Shown here piece by piece: positions 20,296-29,295 of a stretch of 64,000 nt of DNA (the first letter of the stretch is position 1; each line of letters starts with the position of its first letter). Position numbers and translations under genes: made by a program. Below the pieces are notes generated by a model. It was not told the origin of the DNA, made no database searches, and saw only the letters and a list, made by a program, of their open reading frames with translations. The stretch is from an uncultured Cellulomonas sp. (GTDB lineage Bacteria; Actinomycetota; Actinomycetes; Actinomycetales; Cellulomonadaceae): contig NZ_CAURTV010000007.1 of assembly GCF_963527515.1 (NCBI RefSeq), positions 10,910 to 74,909 of the forward strand, read 5' to 3'.

Positions 20296-20376
20296 GCGCT
20301 CCCCCGCACGGGTGACTGCGGCGCGTCGTCCTCCGAATCGGACGAATCGGGCAGCAGTTGTCGGTAGGTTCCAGGG

Positions 20377-21261
20377 ATGGTCAGCGCCGAACTTCCGGTC
20401 CTGGGCGACGTCGCGTGGCAGGACTGGGAGCAGTGGGTGCCCCTGGCCGTCTCCGTGCTGACGTTGCTCGCCGCCCTCGGAGCATGGGTCCTCGCCGGCA
20501 AGGCGGCCCGACGGACCACCCGCCAGGCCGACGCCACCATCACGCAGGCGAAGGCGTTCGAGGAGCAGGTCGCCATCGCGCAGGAGGCCCTCGGGCTCGC
20601 GCGCCAGGAGGCCCAGAACGCGCGCGTCGACGCCGAGCGGCAGCGGTTGGAGACCGACCGGATCCGGCGGATGCTCGAGGAGGCGCGCCTCGACGCCCTC
20701 GCACCGACGATCGTGGCCCGCGCCCTGCCCGACGGGACCGGCTCCCCCGGTCGGCCCGCCCTCGAGTCCTGCCAGCTCACGGCGGGCGGCCAGGACAGGT
20801 GGCGCCCGGTGACGGGCCAGCTGCAGGTCGGACGCGACCAGACGTACGCCTTCCGCACCGCCCTGACCCTCTGGTTCGAGAACGTGTCCGACCGGGTCGC
20901 CCAGGTCGACATCCTCGACTCGGCCGGCGGGGAGCTCGACCTGCTGCCGGGGCACCCGCTGGTGGTGCCCGCCCGCGAGTCGCGCAGCGTGACCTGGATG
21001 CGGCTGTGGACCTCGCGCGACCTCGACAGCGACGCGCAGATCCAGGACCCTGCCGCGTGGCTGTTCAACCTCACGTTCACGGTGACGGACCTCGGCCTGC
21101 ACGTCCGCGACACCTACGCGTTCGACGGCGACCTGCGGTTCTTCGACCGGGACGGCTCGTGGCTGGTCGTCATGCCCGAGCCGCCCCTGCCGTGGACGTC
21201 CGACGTCGCGTCGATGCTCCCCGGTCGCACCTACCAGCGGCTGGACGCGACCGTCAGCTGA
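20377..21261 (+). CDS. Hypothetical protein: single TM helix, coiled coil, C-terminal beta-rich domain
   Basis: Good codon bias; TAGGTT 6 nt before ATG; hydrophobic helix then Q/E/A/R-rich heptads. Confidence 0.75.
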   Translation: MVSAELPVLGDVAWQDWEQWVPLAVSVLTLLAALGAWVLAGKAARRTTRQADATITQAKAFEEQVAIAQEALGLARQEAQNARVDAERQRLETDRIRRMLEEARLDALAPTIVARALPDGTGSPGRPALESCQLTAGGQDRWRPVTGQLQVGRDQTYAFRTALTLWFENVSDRVAQVDILDSAGGELDLLPGHPLVVPARESRSVTWMRLWTSRDLDSDAQIQDPAAWLFNLTFTVTDLGLHVRDTYAFDGDLRFFDRDGSWLVVMPEPPLPWTSDVASMLPGRTYQRLDATVS

Positions 21262-21703
21262 GCGCGGCCCGCACCAGCGTCGACAGCTTCTTGCCGTCCG
21301 CCGACGCACCGGCACGCGCCGTCGCCTCCTTCATGACCGCACCCATGTCCCGCACCGACGTGGCGCCGACGTCCGCGACCACCGCGCTCACCAGCGCCTG
21401 CAGCTCCTCGTCCGAGAGCTGCGCGGGCAGGTAGGTCTCGATGAGATCCGCCTCGGCGGTCTCCGTGGCCGCGCGCTCCGGGGCGTTCGCGTCGGTGTAG
21501 ATCTGGGCCGAGTCCCGGCGCTTCTTCACCTCGCGCGCGAGGATCTTGAGCACCTCGTCGTCGGTCAGCTCCTTCTCGACGCTCCCCGCCTTGGCCTCGA
21601 ACCGGACGGCGCCGATGATCTGGCGCAGGATGCCCGTCCGCTGGGTGTCGCGGGCCTTCATGGCGGTGGTCAGGTCGGACGTCAGCTGGTCGAGGGTGCT
21701 CAT
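21254..21703 (-). CDS. GatB/YqeY domain protein
   Basis: AMKARD, EVKKRRDS, YLPAQLS.EEL, DMGAVMK, ADGK motifs. Confidence 0.92.
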   Translation of the reverse strand: MSTLDQLTSDLTTAMKARDTQRTGILRQIIGAVRFEAKAGSVEKELTDDEVLKILAREVKKRRDSAQIYTDANAPERAATETAEADLIETYLPAQLSDEELQALVSAVVADVGATSVRDMGAVMKEATARAGASADGKKLSTLVRAALS

Positions 21704-21806
21704 GGGAGCCATCGTGCCCTGCGACGACCAGATCCACAGTCGCAATCCGCGGGCACCGTCGTCGTCGCGGGAGACCGGCCGTCGCGCTCGAGGCGGTGGA
21801 GCTGCT

Positions 21807-22652
21807 CTAGTCCGGAGGGAAGGGAACGGGCCCGAGCGAGGCATGGATCTCGCCGACGGCCCTCGACAGAGGGCCGAGGCCCTCGGCGAGACGGTCGATG
21901 ATCAGCTTGTCGACGGCCTCCTTGTCCGCCTGCGTCAGGACCGTGCTCGCCTGGTGCAGCGTGAGGAGCTGGTCGACGACGGTCGTGACCCGCCCGACGA
22001 TGAGGCGGTCGATCGCCTCGAGGTCTGCCTGGTTCAGTGGCATGTCCGCCTCCGGGAGGAACTGGACGGCGATCCCGTCGTCCGGGTCTGCTGTGTCGGA
22101 CCAGTGCCACGGCTCACCGATGGACCGGCCCTCTGCGTTCGAGAACGAGTGGCGGGCGGCGACCGCCGCGAACTGGTTGTACCGGGTGGTCGTCGGGTTG
22201 AACTGCTTGAGCTGACCCACGTCGACGACGTCGACGGTGGTACCGAGGCCGTGGTTCGACTTCCCGGGCACCGCAGCGGACGGCGTGCCCGCGGTCCTGC
22301 GCCAGAACGTGGTGCCGTCCACGACCTTGGAGGGACCGTGCCCCGTGTTCGTGGTGGTGTAGTTCCGCTCGAACAGCCTCCGCTGGCGTTTCACGTCCCG
22401 GTACCCGTCGCCGGCGGAGACGACCTCGGGCGACCAGCCGAACTCGTCCTCGACGCCTGCGCGGATCGCGGCCCACCGCTGCGCCGACCCGGGCCGCAGA
22501 CGGGCGCCCGACACCCCGGCCACCTGGACCAGGAGGACGACACCGTCGAGGGATCCGTTGACGAGCAGCACGGTTCAGGCCGTCCCGGGGTGGGCGTCCC
22601 GGGCGGCCGAGCCGCCGGTCGCCGTCGTCGGTGCGTCAGGGGTCGGGTCCAT
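21807..22652 (-). CDS. Peptidase M15B (VanY/endolysin-like Zn peptidase); N-terminal extension interrupted by an in-frame TGA at 22577-22575, intact ORF from GTG 22571
   Basis: GYR....Q..LF, AAVPGKSNHGLG.TVD and EPWHW Zn-binding motifs. ATG 22652 is in the same frame, with the stop at codon 26. Confidence 0.75.
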
Positions 22653-22732
22653 GTCTGAGGATGGCACGAACGCCGTTGTCGTGGTATATGCCCATACGTC
22701 ACCCAACGGGCGAAATATCCCTGTCGATCGGG

Positions 22733-23120
22733 GCGGATGAGTCAGTCGATACGCCGGGTTCTGTCCTCGCACGCGGTTGCCCGCACTGCGCGAGTGGCGG
22801 CCATCCCTCTACGACGTACGTTGCCGCACGCCTCCAGCGGCCTACCCGGGAGCTCGGGCGAGCAGCCCTCGAACGCTCCCTGTCTGACCTTGCTCCGGGT
22901 GGGGTTTACCTAGCCGCACCGGTCGCCCGGCACGCTGGTGGTCTCTTACACCACCGTTTCACCCTTACCCGACCGGCGGACCGGTCGGGCGGTCTGTTCT
23001 CTGTGGCACTGTCCCGCGGGTCACCCCGGGTGGGTGTTACCCACCACCCTGCTCTGCGGAGCCCGGACGTTCCTCGGCGAGCCCGAGGGCTCGACGCGGC
23101 CGCCTGACTGACTCATCCGC
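22733..23120 (-). ncRNA. rnpB: RNase P RNA, bacterial class A
   Basis: GAGGAACGTCCGGGCTCC, CAGTGCCACAGAGAACAGACCGCC and ACAGAACCCGGCGTA cores. Complementary ends GCGGATGAGTCAGTC / GACTGACTCATCCGC. TAGGCT -10 upstream. Confidence 0.97.
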
Positions 23121-23183
23121 GCCCCCAGCCTAGCCGCCCGGAAGAGCACCCATCCGCCGTGCGTCCTGCTCCGAACCACACGC

Positions 23184-23456
23184 ATGGAGACTGCCACCGG
23201 ACTGACCCGGCGCGAGCGCGTGATCCTCGCCCAGCTGGCCCTGCCACTCACGCTGAGCGAGATCGCCGCGTCGCTCTTCGTCACCCGCAACACCGTGAAG
23301 TCGCAGGTGCGCTCGATCTACCTGAAGCTCGACGTGGCCGACCGCGAGTCGGCCCTGGCCGCCGGCCGGGCACGCGGCCTCATCACCGAGTACCTGGGCG
23401 GTCCGGAGCCGCGTCGACAGCTCGTCGGCGTGGCGGCTCAGACGTCGAGGCGGTAG
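23184..23456 (+). CDS. Stand-alone LuxR-type HTH protein (MalT C-terminal-like)
   Basis: LTRRERVIL...LTLSEIAASLFVTRNTVKSQVRSIY.KL.V..R..A...R..GL. Confidence 0.85.
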   Translation: METATGLTRRERVILAQLALPLTLSEIAASLFVTRNTVKSQVRSIYLKLDVADRESALAAGRARGLITEYLGGPEPRRQLVGVAAQTSRR

Positions 23457-23821
23457 GTCAGCGACAGCTCGTCGCCAGAGACTCCTCGGATCCCCCAGTT
23501 CTCCGGCGGGCTCTCGATGATGATGATCTCGAGGTCGTCGGCGGAGAGGCCGAGGGTGGGAGCGACGTCGTCGTAGAACGAGGCGATCAGCGCCCGGCGT
23601 GCCGCGCGGGAACGACCTGTGAAGCAGAGGATCTCGACGACCAGGTAGTCCTTGCTCCGGGGGGCGACGAGGTCGTCGGCGTCGAGCAGCAGGAAGCGGT
23701 GGAACCGCTTGTCTTCGGGCAGTCCCCACGTGCCGACGAGCGCCCGGTGCACCGCGTCGGACACCGAGCCGCGACGGTCCTGCCACACGTCACGCCGGCC
23801 GTAGATCTTCACGTGCGCCAT
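23438..23821 (-). CDS. Tautomerase family protein
   Basis: LPEDKRFHRF, FTGRS, ENWGIRG..GDEL.L.Y; GAGGAGGA SD. Confidence 0.88.
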   Translation of the reverse strand: MAHVKIYGRRDVWQDRRGSVSDAVHRALVGTWGLPEDKRFHRFLLLDADDLVAPRSKDYLVVEILCFTGRSRAARRALIASFYDDVAPTLGLSADDLEIIIIESPPENWGIRGVSGDELSLTYRLDV

Positions 23822-23868
23822 CGGTCCTCCTCGCGGTCCACCGTCGCGCGGGAGCCTACAGTTCACGG

Positions 23869-24648
23869 GTGCTCGTGCTCCTGCCGCCCTCCGAGGGCAA
23901 GACGCCGCCGCGCGCCCGCGGCCCCCTGCTCGACCTCGACGCCCTCTCGGCGCCCGGTCTGGCACGGGTGCGGGAGCGAGTCCTCGACGCGTTGATCGAG
24001 GTCAGCGCGTCGCCAGAGGCCATGCGCGTGCTCGGCGTCGGCGCCAGCCTGTCCGCCGAGGTCGCGCGCAACGTGCACCTGCGCACGGCAGCGACCGCTC
24101 CGGCCCGACAGGTCTACACGGGCGTCCTCTACGCCGCGGCCGGCCTCGACCGGCTGACCCCGGCCGGACGGGCCCGTGCCGCGCAGAGCGTGCGCATCGT
24201 CTCCGGGCTGTGGGGGCTGGTCGCGCCCGACGACCGCATCCCCGCGTACCGCCTCTCGATGGGGACCGACCTTCCGGGGATCGGTCCGCTGGCCGGCGCC
24301 TGGCGCGACGCGATGGATGCCGAGCTGGACGCGCGTGCGGAGGGCGAGCTCGTGGTGGACTGCCGCTCCGCGACCTACCTGGCCGCGTGGCACCCGCCGC
24401 GGTCGGCCGACTGGGTGGCGGTGCGGGTGCTGCGCGAGATCGACGGGACGCGGGCGGTCGTCTCGCACCACGCCAAGCACACTCGGGGCGTGCTCACCCG
24501 GCACCTGCTGACCCGTCGCGGGCGGGCACCGCACGACGCGCAGTCCCTGGCGCGGGTGGCCGGCGAGCTCGTCGGCTCCGCTCTGCTCGCGGTCGAGCTG
24601 GGACCGGCACGGCGCGGCGCCCGCACGCTCGAGCTCGTCGTCGCCTGA
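23869..24648 (+). CDS. yaaA: Peroxide stress protein YaaA (DUF328)
   Basis: MLVLLPPSEGK, YTGVLY, SGLWG...P.D.IP.YRL, DCRS..Y, SHHAKHTRG. Confidence 0.9.
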   Translation: MLVLLPPSEGKTPPRARGPLLDLDALSAPGLARVRERVLDALIEVSASPEAMRVLGVGASLSAEVARNVHLRTAATAPARQVYTGVLYAAAGLDRLTPAGRARAAQSVRIVSGLWGLVAPDDRIPAYRLSMGTDLPGIGPLAGAWRDAMDAELDARAEGELVVDCRSATYLAAWHPPRSADWVAVRVLREIDGTRAVVSHHAKHTRGVLTRHLLTRRGRAPHDAQSLARVAGELVGSALLAVELGPARRGARTLELVVA

Positions 24649-24650
24649 GC

Positions 24651-25400
24651 TCAGGAGCCCGACGACCAGCCCTCGCTCGGCACGCCGACCACCGCGATCT
24701 CGTCGCGGCGGTCCTCGAAGAGCCGGATGATGCTCACCGACGCCGGCGCCACCCGCAGCTGGCTCCACGACGACGGCTGGGCGCCCATCGTCACCCCGAG
24801 CGCCGCGCGGATGGCCACGGCGTGGCTCACGACGACGACCGTGCGGTCGACGCCCGCCGCCAGGAGACCGTCGAGACCCTTCTGCAGCCGGCGCCCGACG
24901 TCCGCGATGGACTCGCCGCCGGGGGGCCGCAGGTCGGCCTCGGTGTGCCACGGCTCCAGCTGCCCGGGCCAGCGCTCCTCGATCTGCTCAGCGGTCAGCC
25001 CCTGCCACTCCCCGAAGTTCGCCTCCTGGAACGCGGCGTCCGTCCGGACGGGCAGACCCAGACGCTCGGCGATGACCGCGCTGGTCTCCTGCGTGCGCAC
25101 CATGGGCGAGGCGATGATCTCGCTGGGGTACGGGATGTCCCCCCACAGGTCCCGGCCCACGCGATCCACCAGGTCGGCGGCGTCCCGCGCCTGGCGCCGA
25201 CCGGTCTCGTCCAGCGACGGACCCGGCTCGCCGGAGCCCGAGTAGCCACGGGAGACCGTCATCGTGGTCTGCCCGTGCCGCACCAGCACGACCGTGACGG
25301 GTTGCTCCTCGTCGAAGCGCACCCCCGCACCGGACGGCCTCGGCGCACGCGCCGGCGGAGGGGACGAAGGAGTGCCCAGGGGTTCTGTGACGTCGCTCAC
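24651..25400 (-). CDS. Histidine phosphatase (PGM/CobC-like), stand-alone
   Basis: RHGQT, SPMVR..ET, E.NFGEWQG, PPGGES, VSH motifs. Confidence 0.9.
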   Translation of the reverse strand: MSDVTEPLGTPSSPPPARAPRPSGAGVRFDEEQPVTVVLVRHGQTTMTVSRGYSGSGEPGPSLDETGRRQARDAADLVDRVGRDLWGDIPYPSEIIASPMVRTQETSAVIAERLGLPVRTDAAFQEANFGEWQGLTAEQIEERWPGQLEPWHTEADLRPPGGESIADVGRRLQKGLDGLLAAGVDRTVVVVSHAVAIRAALGVTMGAQPSSWSQLRVAPASVSIIRLFEDRRDEIAVVGVPSEGWSSGS

Positions 25401-25443
25401 GCTGGCAGTCTGTCGCCCCCGCGCCGGGTGCGCGAGCGGCCGC

Positions 25444-26190
25444 TCAGCCCTTCGGGGGCTCGGGCAGCCGGACGAGGATGCGCCCGCACTCCTCGCAGCG
25501 CGCCACCTGGTCCTCGGGGGACTTGACGATCGCCTCGACATCGAGCGGGTTGAGCTCGAGCCGGCAGCTCTCGCACCGCCGCCCGCGCAGCGCGCCGGCA
25601 CCCTTGCCGCCCAGCTGGGCGCGCAGCCGCTCGTAGAGCGTCACCAGAGAGGCGTCGAGCCCGTCCACGGCCTTCGCCCGCTCGGCGCGCACCTGCTCGG
25701 CGTCGGCGTCCAGAGCAGCGAACGCAGCGTCCCGCTCCGCCTCGACCGCAGCCCGCTTCTGCGCCAGCGACTCGTGCGCGGTGGTGACCTCGGCGAGCGC
25801 CGTCTCGTGCGCCTCGAGGCGCTCCATGACGTCCAGCTCGACCTCCTCCAGCTCCGCCTGCCGGCGGCCGAGCGTGCCCAGCTCGCTCTGCAGGGCCTGC
25901 AGGTCCTTCGGGCTCCCGGTGCCGGAGTCGAGGCGGGCCTGGTCCCGCGCCGCGCGCGCCCGCACCTGCTCGACGTCCGCCTCCGCCTTGGTCAGCTCGC
26001 GCCGCAGGTCCCCGACCGCCGTCCGCGAGGTCACCAGCGCGGTGTGCAGGTCGGTCACCTGGGAGTCGAGCTCCAGCAGGCGGGCCAGCTCCGGCAGCGT
26101 GCGCTTCTTGTGGGCGATCTGGTCCAGGCGGGTGTCGAGAGCCTGGACGTCGAGCAGTCGGCGCTGGTCCGCTGCGGGGGCAGTCGTCAC
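25444..26190 (-). CDS. C4-type zinc ribbon coiled-coil protein (DUF164-like)
   Basis: Long coiled coil then CESC and CEECGRIL; GGAAGGA SD. Confidence 0.92.
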   Translation of the reverse strand: MTTAPAADQRRLLDVQALDTRLDQIAHKKRTLPELARLLELDSQVTDLHTALVTSRTAVGDLRRELTKAEADVEQVRARAARDQARLDSGTGSPKDLQALQSELGTLGRRQAELEEVELDVMERLEAHETALAEVTTAHESLAQKRAAVEAERDAAFAALDADAEQVRAERAKAVDGLDASLVTLYERLRAQLGGKGAGALRGRRCESCRLELNPLDVEAIVKSPEDQVARCEECGRILVRLPEPPKG

Positions 26191-27395
26191 GGGTGTCCTT
26201 CCGGCGGTGCTGTGGGTTCGAGAGCTTGAGGCGGTTCCGGGCTCGCGACGCGTCCTGTCCACGGGTCGGTGCTCACCGTGCTGACGCGGGTCTCCACCGT
26301 AGTCCCCGTGGCGGCGGCATCCTGCGCCAGCGCGCGGGCCGCATGGGCGAGCCACGGCCACTCGGAAGCGAAGTGCGCGACGTCGACGAGGTAGGGCCGG
26401 GCGGAGCCGTCGTGCTCGGCCCGCTCGCGCAGCTCGGAGGCAGGGTGGTGACGCAGGTCCGCGGTCAGGTAGGCGTCGACGCCGGACGCACGGACGGCGT
26501 CGAAGAACGAGTCACCGGAGCCGCCGACGACCGCGACGTGCTCGACGCGCCCGCCGGGGTCGCCCGCGAACCGCACGCCCTGGGAGGTCGGCGGCAGGGC
26601 CGCGGCCACGCTGGCCGCGAACGCGCGCAGGGTGGTCGCCTCGGGCAGCCTCCCGACGCGGCCCGCGCCGGTGGTGCCGGGCCAGGACGCGAGCTCGAGC
26701 ACGTCGAAGGCGGGCTCCTCGTACGGGTGAGCGGCCCGCATCGCGGCGACGACCGCGGCCCGCAGCCGCCGCGGGGCCACCATCTCGACGCGCGCCTCGA
26801 CCACGCGCGAGGTGTGGCCGGCGGACCCGATCGCGGGCGACGCGTCGGCGGACGGGGTGAACGTGCCCTCGCCCGTCGAGGTCCAGGCGCACCGCGTGTA
26901 GTGGCCGATCTCGCCCGCACCCGCCGCGGAGAGCGCATCGACCAGGCGCTCGGCGTCGGCGACGGGGACGAACACCGCGTGCTTGTCGAGCGCCTCCGCC
27001 GGCGCAGGGTCCAGCGGGGCGGTGTCGACGAGGCCCAGCGCCTCGGCGAGCGCGTCGTTCACCCCGCCGGTCGCCGCGTCCGCGTTGGTGTGCGCCGTGA
27101 ACAGCGCGGTGCCGGACCGGACGAGCCGGTGCAGGAGGGCGCCCTTGGACGTGGTCGCGGCGATGGAGTGCACGGGCCGCAGGAGCAGGGGGTGGTGCGT
27201 CACGACGAGGTCCGCACCCCACGCCTCGGCCTCGTCGACGACGGCGACGACGGGGTCGACCGCGAAGAGCACCCGCCGCACGGGCTGGACCGGGTCGCCG
27301 GTGACGAGGCCCACCGCATCCCACGACTCGGCGGTCGACGGCGGGTACCGGGCCTCGAGGAACCGGACGACATCGGCCAGGGCGGGGTCGGTCAC
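26187..27395 (-). CDS. Nif3-like dinuclear metal centre hexameric protein
   Basis: AESWDAVGL, THHPL, HTNAD, AHPYEEPA (PII-like insert), TADLRHH, HFASE. Confidence 0.94.
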   Translation of the reverse strand: MTDPALADVVRFLEARYPPSTAESWDAVGLVTGDPVQPVRRVLFAVDPVVAVVDEAEAWGADLVVTHHPLLLRPVHSIAATTSKGALLHRLVRSGTALFTAHTNADAATGGVNDALAEALGLVDTAPLDPAPAEALDKHAVFVPVADAERLVDALSAAGAGEIGHYTRCAWTSTGEGTFTPSADASPAIGSAGHTSRVVEARVEMVAPRRLRAAVVAAMRAAHPYEEPAFDVLELASWPGTTGAGRVGRLPEATTLRAFAASVAAALPPTSQGVRFAGDPGGRVEHVAVVGGSGDSFFDAVRASGVDAYLTADLRHHPASELRERAEHDGSARPYLVDVAHFASEWPWLAHAARALAQDAAATGTTVETRVSTVSTDPWTGRVASPEPPQALEPTAPPEGHP

Positions 27396-27405
27396 GACCC
27401 GCACG

Positions 27406-28278
27406 CTACCGGGCCGACGCCTCGACGCGGTCGCCCACGCTGATGCGGCCCCCGCGCACCGGCACCATCTGGATGCCGAACCACACCTCACCGTCGCGGC
27501 GCCGGTGCCGGGCCAGCGTCGCCAGCGGCTCCTTGCCCTTGACCTGCGTGTCCGGGTCGATGGTCGTGAGGACGCACCGGCCGCAGTGGTCCGCGAACCG
27601 CAGCTCCACGTCACCCACCGTCAGCCGGCCCCAGTCGTCCTCGGCGAACGCCTCGAGGTCCCCGTCGACCACCACGTTCGGCCGGAACCGACGCATGTCG
27701 AGCGGCTGGCGGGGGGCCGGGGCGGGCTCCCCCGCGGCCAGCGCGCGCCCCACCCGCTCGTCGTGGAGCTCCGCGGCCCAGGCGTCCAGCCGCGCGAGCG
27801 AGGCGGTCGTCGTGACGTGCACGGGTCCGGTGTCCGTCAGGGCCAGCGGGTCGGCCTGCGAGCCGCCGAACTTCTCCGACATCCCCCGCCGTGCCGGGTC
27901 GTCGAGCCAGAGCAGCCGCACGGCGCTGCCGAGCAGCTCGGAGCACCAGGCATCGGCCTCGGCACCGGCGCGGGTGGCGGTGTCGAGACGGCTCAGCCGC
28001 ACGGGGACGTCCGCCGGTCCGCTCGGCGGGTCGACGTCGAGCGTCGGCAGATCCGGCGCGCTCAGCCGGATCCCCGCGCCCACCGGTGTGGCGACCGCAG
28101 CGAGCATCCGCGGGTGGCTCCGCGCGGTCAGGGTGTCGCCGGCGGCGTCGACCACCATCCAGCGGCGGTCGGCCTGCGGACCCGCCGCGTCCACCTCGAC
28201 CGACCCGACCGCCGTCCCCGCGAAGGACTTCACCGGGTACACGGTGAGCCCGGAGACGACCAGTGGGGGCGCGAGCAT
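27406..28278 (-). CDS. MOSC domain protein
   Basis: YPVKS, DRRWMVVD, RRFRPN.V, CGRC..TT.DP.T. Confidence 0.92.
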   Translation of the reverse strand: MLAPPLVVSGLTVYPVKSFAGTAVGSVEVDAAGPQADRRWMVVDAAGDTLTARSHPRMLAAVATPVGAGIRLSAPDLPTLDVDPPSGPADVPVRLSRLDTATRAGAEADAWCSELLGSAVRLLWLDDPARRGMSEKFGGSQADPLALTDTGPVHVTTTASLARLDAWAAELHDERVGRALAAGEPAPAPRQPLDMRRFRPNVVVDGDLEAFAEDDWGRLTVGDVELRFADHCGRCVLTTIDPDTQVKGKEPLATLARHRRRDGEVWFGIQMVPVRGGRISVGDRVEASAR

Positions 28279-28314
28279 GGCTGGACCCTAACAAGCGTCC
28301 GTCGCGATCCTGGG

Positions 28315-28388
28315 TGGGCCCGGCCGGTTTCGAACCGGCGACCTCCGCGGTGTAAGCGCGGCGCTCTGACCAGCTGAGCTACAGGCCC
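28315..28388 (-). tRNA. tRNA-Val(TAC), CCA not encoded
   Basis: GGGCCTG/CGGGCCC acceptor stem, CCGCG-CTTACAC-CGCGG anticodon arm, GTTCGAA T-loop. Confidence 0.96.
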
Positions 28389-28447
28389 TGGCGGCCGCCC
28401 GGGGTGCGGGCTGCTCGACGGGCGCTCAGCCTACCGGCGCGCGCCGG

Positions 28448-28927
28448 TCAGGCGGTGAGCGCGGCGAGGGCCTCGCGGTACGCCCCGAAGTCGCGGGCAC
28501 GACCGGGGGGGTTCACGACGCTCCAGCGCAGCACGCCCTCCGCGTCGAGCAGGAAGCTGCCTCGGACGGCGAAGCCCTTGGCGTCGTCGAAGACCCCGTA
28601 GGCCTTGGCCACCTCGCCGTGCGGCCAGAAGTCGGACAGGAGATCGAAGCCGAAGCCCTCCTGAGCGGCCCACGCACGCAGCGCGTGCCCCGGGTCGCAG
28701 GAGATGACGACGACGTGCGCTCCGGCGTCCTCGAACTCGGCGATGTTGTCCCGCAGCTGGCACAGCTCTCCGGTGCACGTCGCGGAGAACGCGAACGGGA
28801 CGAAGACGATGACGACCGGGCCGCCTCGCAGACCGGCCGGCGTCACCGGCGTGCCGTGGGTGTCGGGCAGCGAGAACTCCGGTGCCGGGGAGCCCAGCGC
28901 AGGCGTGGGACGGGCGATGGCTTCCAT
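28448..28927 (-). CDS. ahpE: Peroxiredoxin (AhpE-like)
   Basis: FVPFAFSATCTGELC, LLSDFWPHG.VA..YGVF; conserved position next to tRNA-Val. Confidence 0.9.
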   Translation of the reverse strand: MEAIARPTPALGSPAPEFSLPDTHGTPVTPAGLRGGPVVIVFVPFAFSATCTGELCQLRDNIAEFEDAGAHVVVISCDPGHALRAWAAQEGFGFDLLSDFWPHGEVAKAYGVFDDAKGFAVRGSFLLDAEGVLRWSVVNPPGRARDFGAYREALAALTA

Positions 28928-29295
28928 GCCCGGGACTGTAACAACGGTTTCCCGGGCCACGTGTCCACATGCTGAACACCGGATCGACCGCTGTCCGGCG
29001 CCCGACCGGTGACGCGGGCAACCCTCTCCCAGGTCAGCGCCGTTCTTCACCCTCACCTGGGCGTCTATAACGATTCGGACACGGGATACCACGACGTGAC
29101 GGCGGGATTCAGGGCCAATCGGGTGAACCAGACAGCCCGGTCGCCACCAGGCGACCTGGACATCCGATCTACTCGTCGGCACCATTCTTGGCAACTCGCG
29201 CGCAGGACCGCGTCCAGCGCGATCGGGAGAGATGCCAGAACGACGCCCGTCCCACCGCCTGGCGGGGTCCCTGCCGCCAAGACAGAGGAATGTGC

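Noticed and set aside
22540..22577. Selenocysteine recoding of the TGA in the peptidase leader
   Set aside because: Only a weak 5-bp pairing follows the TGA, there is no convincing SECIS, and the site is in a low-complexity non-catalytic segment.
28930..29295. Riboswitch in the long leader of the lectin-domain gene
   Set aside because: No match by eye to c-di-AMP, c-di-GMP or other common aptamers; only scattered short stems.
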